A stretch of 64,000 nucleotides of DNA from Malacoraja senta. Taxonomy: Eukaryota. The stretch is taken from positions 62,001 to 126,000 of the forward strand of contig JAXLNO010004250.1 in the NCBI GenBank assembly GCA_038087875.1, in the 5' to 3' direction. Below are positions 63,591-64,000 of this stretch, one piece after another. Positions within the stretch are counted from its first letter, which is position 1, and every line of letters starts with the position of its first letter. Position numbers and translations under genes: made by a program. Below the pieces are notes generated by a model. That model did not search any database and was not told the DNA's origin. It saw only the letters and a list, made by a program, of their open reading frames with translations.

Positions 63591-64000
63591 GATTGAATGG
63601 CAGAGTAGACTTGATGGACCGAATGACATTCATCTGCTCCTATCACTTATGACCTTATAATCCAGGGATGAAAACAGGATATGAAAATTTTCACTGGTTG
63701 TTCACGATTTATTTTTTATGTAATGTTGGGGTCTCAACACCAATCCCCGTGGGACACCACTCATTGCATCTTGCCACCCAGAGAGAAAAACGATCGGCAC
63801 CCACTCTCTGCTTCCTGCTATCCTGATTATCCACGAAAATGAAGTTGCCTCCTACTCCTGCAGACCCCATCATCGCCCACAGAGGGAGGAAGAAACTCCT
63901 ACCTGATCGTATTAAGTGATGTGGACAACTGCATTAAAATGAGCGATTTTAAAATATGAATCTTCTGACTCCACGAAGCCCCCTCCATGAGATAAATAAA

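Overview
Eukaryotic, transposon-dense DNA with no prokaryotic features. The repeat families and B30.2 style suggest a cartilaginous fish, probably a skate or ray (inference). Host genes: (1) a minus-strand butyrophilin-like gene assembled by hand from five in-window phase-1 exons: IgV 61865-61518, TM 52112-51993, 33-nt 50617-50585, 27-nt 40537-40511 and B30.2 34994-34456. No IgC exon was recognised. (2) An orphan leader exon of an inverted paralogue at 2266-2343. (3) The last two exons of an unidentified GC-rich minus-strand gene (7016-6755, 6170-6086) with a probable 1-nt frameshift. Mobile DNA: many CR1 LINEs (two near full length), two Rex1/Babar-type LINEs, tRNA-derived SINEs, Penelope-like fragments with hammerhead-like cores, a MITE, and a 5.2-kb DIRS1-type element with intact terminal repeats and ICR but decayed ORFs. 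The most striking structure is two non-autonomous Helitrons (13224-23987 minus, 46366-50564 plus). They share 5' and 3' modules but carry different tandem arrays starting at the same position, including an 8.8-kb 35-bp satellite with a 3.2-kb higher-order duplication. Most long ORFs in the supplied track are artefacts of these repeats. Repeat boundaries were read by eye and are approximate unless a junction is quoted.
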